DNA from: Gemmatimonadota bacterium
Lineage (GTDB): Bacteria > Gemmatimonadota > Gemmatimonadetes > Gemmatimonadales > GWC2-71-9
DNA length: 16,742 nt
Direction of reading: 5' to 3'
Assembly (NCBI GenBank): GCA_003221005.1
Contig: QHTZ01000058.1
Location: 1-16,742 of the forward strand
Shown here: positions 15,728 through 16,742 of the stretch, in pieces
How positions within the stretch are numbered: position 1 is the stretch's first letter
Layout: every line of letters starts with the position of its first letter
Notes under the pieces: generated by a model
Told to the model about the DNA's origin: nothing
The model's database searches: none
Seen by the model: only the letters and a program-made list of their open reading frames with translations
Program-made: the position numbers and the translations under genes

Positions 15728-16742
15728 CGACTGCTTCTCCTCTGGGCCATGCTCGGGTGCGGCGCCACGAACGCGCCGCACCCCACAGCCGTGGCGCCCG
15801 CGGGCGTGTCTGTCGACTCGATCCTCGCGACGCTGACGGTCCGTCAGAAGGCCGCGCAGCTGGTGATGCCGTTTCTTCCCGGGGCGTACGCGGCGCTCGA
15901 TGATTCGGAGTTCCAAGTCGCGGCCCGCTGGGTCGATTCGCTCGAGGTCGGCGGCGTCATCGTCTCGGTCGGCTCGCCCTTCGATATCGCCGCCAAGCTC
16001 AATACCCTGCAGCAGCGCTCGCGTCTCCCGCTGCTTGTCTCCGCCGACCTTGAATGGGGCGCTGGGATGCGCCTGCTCGGCGGCACGGCGTTCCCCATGA
16101 TCATGGCGGTCGGCGCGACCGGCGAGCCGCGAGACGCCTACACCATCGGGGAGGCCGCGGCGATCGAAGGGCGGGCAGTGGGGATCCACGTGAATTTCGC
16201 TCCAGACGCCGATCTCAACAACAACCCGCTCAACCCGATCATCAACGTGCGCTCGTTCGGGGAGGACCCGCGCGCCGTGGCTCGCCTGGTCCAGGAGTAC
16301 GTGCGCGGGCTCCAGGACCACGGCATGCTGGCCACGCTGAAGCATTTCCCCGGGCAGGGCGATACGCGCCAGGACTCGCACATCAGTCTGCCGGTGATTA
16401 CGGCCGACTATCCCCGGCTCGATTCCCTGGAGCTGGTGCCATTCCGCGCCGGGATCGCGGCGGGGGCGGGTGCCGTGATGAGCGCGCACATCGCATTCCC
16501 GGCGTTCACCGGGTCGGACGAGCCAGCAACACTCTCCGGCGCCGTGCTCACCGGCCTGCTGCGCGACTCGCTGCACTTTCAGGGTCTCGTCGTGACCGAC
16601 GCCCTGATGATGGGCGCGATCGCGTCGAAATACGGCGCGGGGGAGGCCGCGGTACGGGCATTCGCGGCCGGCTCGGACCTGCTGCTCATGCCTGCCGACC
16701 CCGACTCCGCCCTGAACGCGATGGTGGCGGCCGTGGACGCAG
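15716..16742 (+). CDS. nagZ: GH3 beta-N-acetylhexosaminidase (NagZ-like) lipoprotein, 3' truncated by the window
   Basis: Hand translation: MRRHRLLLLWAMLGC (lipobox-like), QKAAQL, ADLEWG, NFAPDAD, INVRSFGEDP, KHFPGQGDTRQDSH, VVTDAL. Missing from the ORF track because it has no stop in the window. Confidence 0.88.
   Translation, partial: MRRHRLLLLWAMLGCGATNAPHPTAVAPAGVSVDSILATLTVRQKAAQLVMPFLPGAYAALDDSEFQVAARWVDSLEVGGVIVSVGSPFDIAAKLNTLQQRSRLPLLVSADLEWGAGMRLLGGTAFPMIMAVGATGEPRDAYTIGEAAAIEGRAVGIHVNFAPDADLNNNPLNPIINVRSFGEDPRAVARLVQEYVRGLQDHGMLATLKHFPGQGDTRQDSHISLPVITADYPRLDSLELVPFRAGIAAGAGAVMSAHIAFPAFTGSDEPATLSGAVLTGLLRDSLHFQGLVVTDALMMGAIASKYGAGEAAVRAFAAGSDLLLMPADPDSALNAMVAAVDA

Noticed and set aside
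15728-16576. 283-aa N-terminal extension of NamZ in the ORF track
   Set aside because: It is the antisense of nagZ; an RBS and a signal-like sequence mark the start at 15727.
1-16742. CRISPR arrays, tRNA/rRNA (including tRNA-Sec), IS elements, intrinsic terminators
   Set aside because: The window is almost fully coding, the largest gap is 72 bp, and no spaced repeats, cloverleafs, transposase motifs or hairpin-plus-U-tract were seen.

Overview
GC-rich (~70%) bacterial chromosomal DNA. A Gemmatimonadota-like origin is my impression from gene content and is not proven. No RNA genes, mobile elements or CRISPR arrays were seen. (1) An 11-gene, tightly packed minus-strand run (8855->38): 2-oxoacid dehydrogenase E1alpha, E1beta, E2 (no E3), two small hypotheticals, a PHP phosphoesterase, a BCP/PrxQ-type peroxiredoxin, an SDR, a Cys-rich Rossmann-like/DUF309 fusion, trxB and an MBL-fold hydrolase. 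The ORF track splits the peroxiredoxin because an in-frame TGA sits exactly at the peroxidatic Cys position (PGNNTPG-U) and is followed by a SECIS-like hairpin. It is very probably a selenoprotein, and it contains no Cys at all. The PHP gene appears to start at a non-canonical ACG behind a GGAGG. (2) A lone plus-strand copZ. (3) A minus-strand run: namZ, CDP-alcohol phosphatidyltransferase, ino1, CupA-like cupredoxin, copA, hypothetical. (4) A plus-strand GH3 NagZ-like lipoprotein, truncated by the window end and absent from the ORF track, overlapping namZ head-to-head. The same GGGACGG heptamer array lies inside two unrelated genes.
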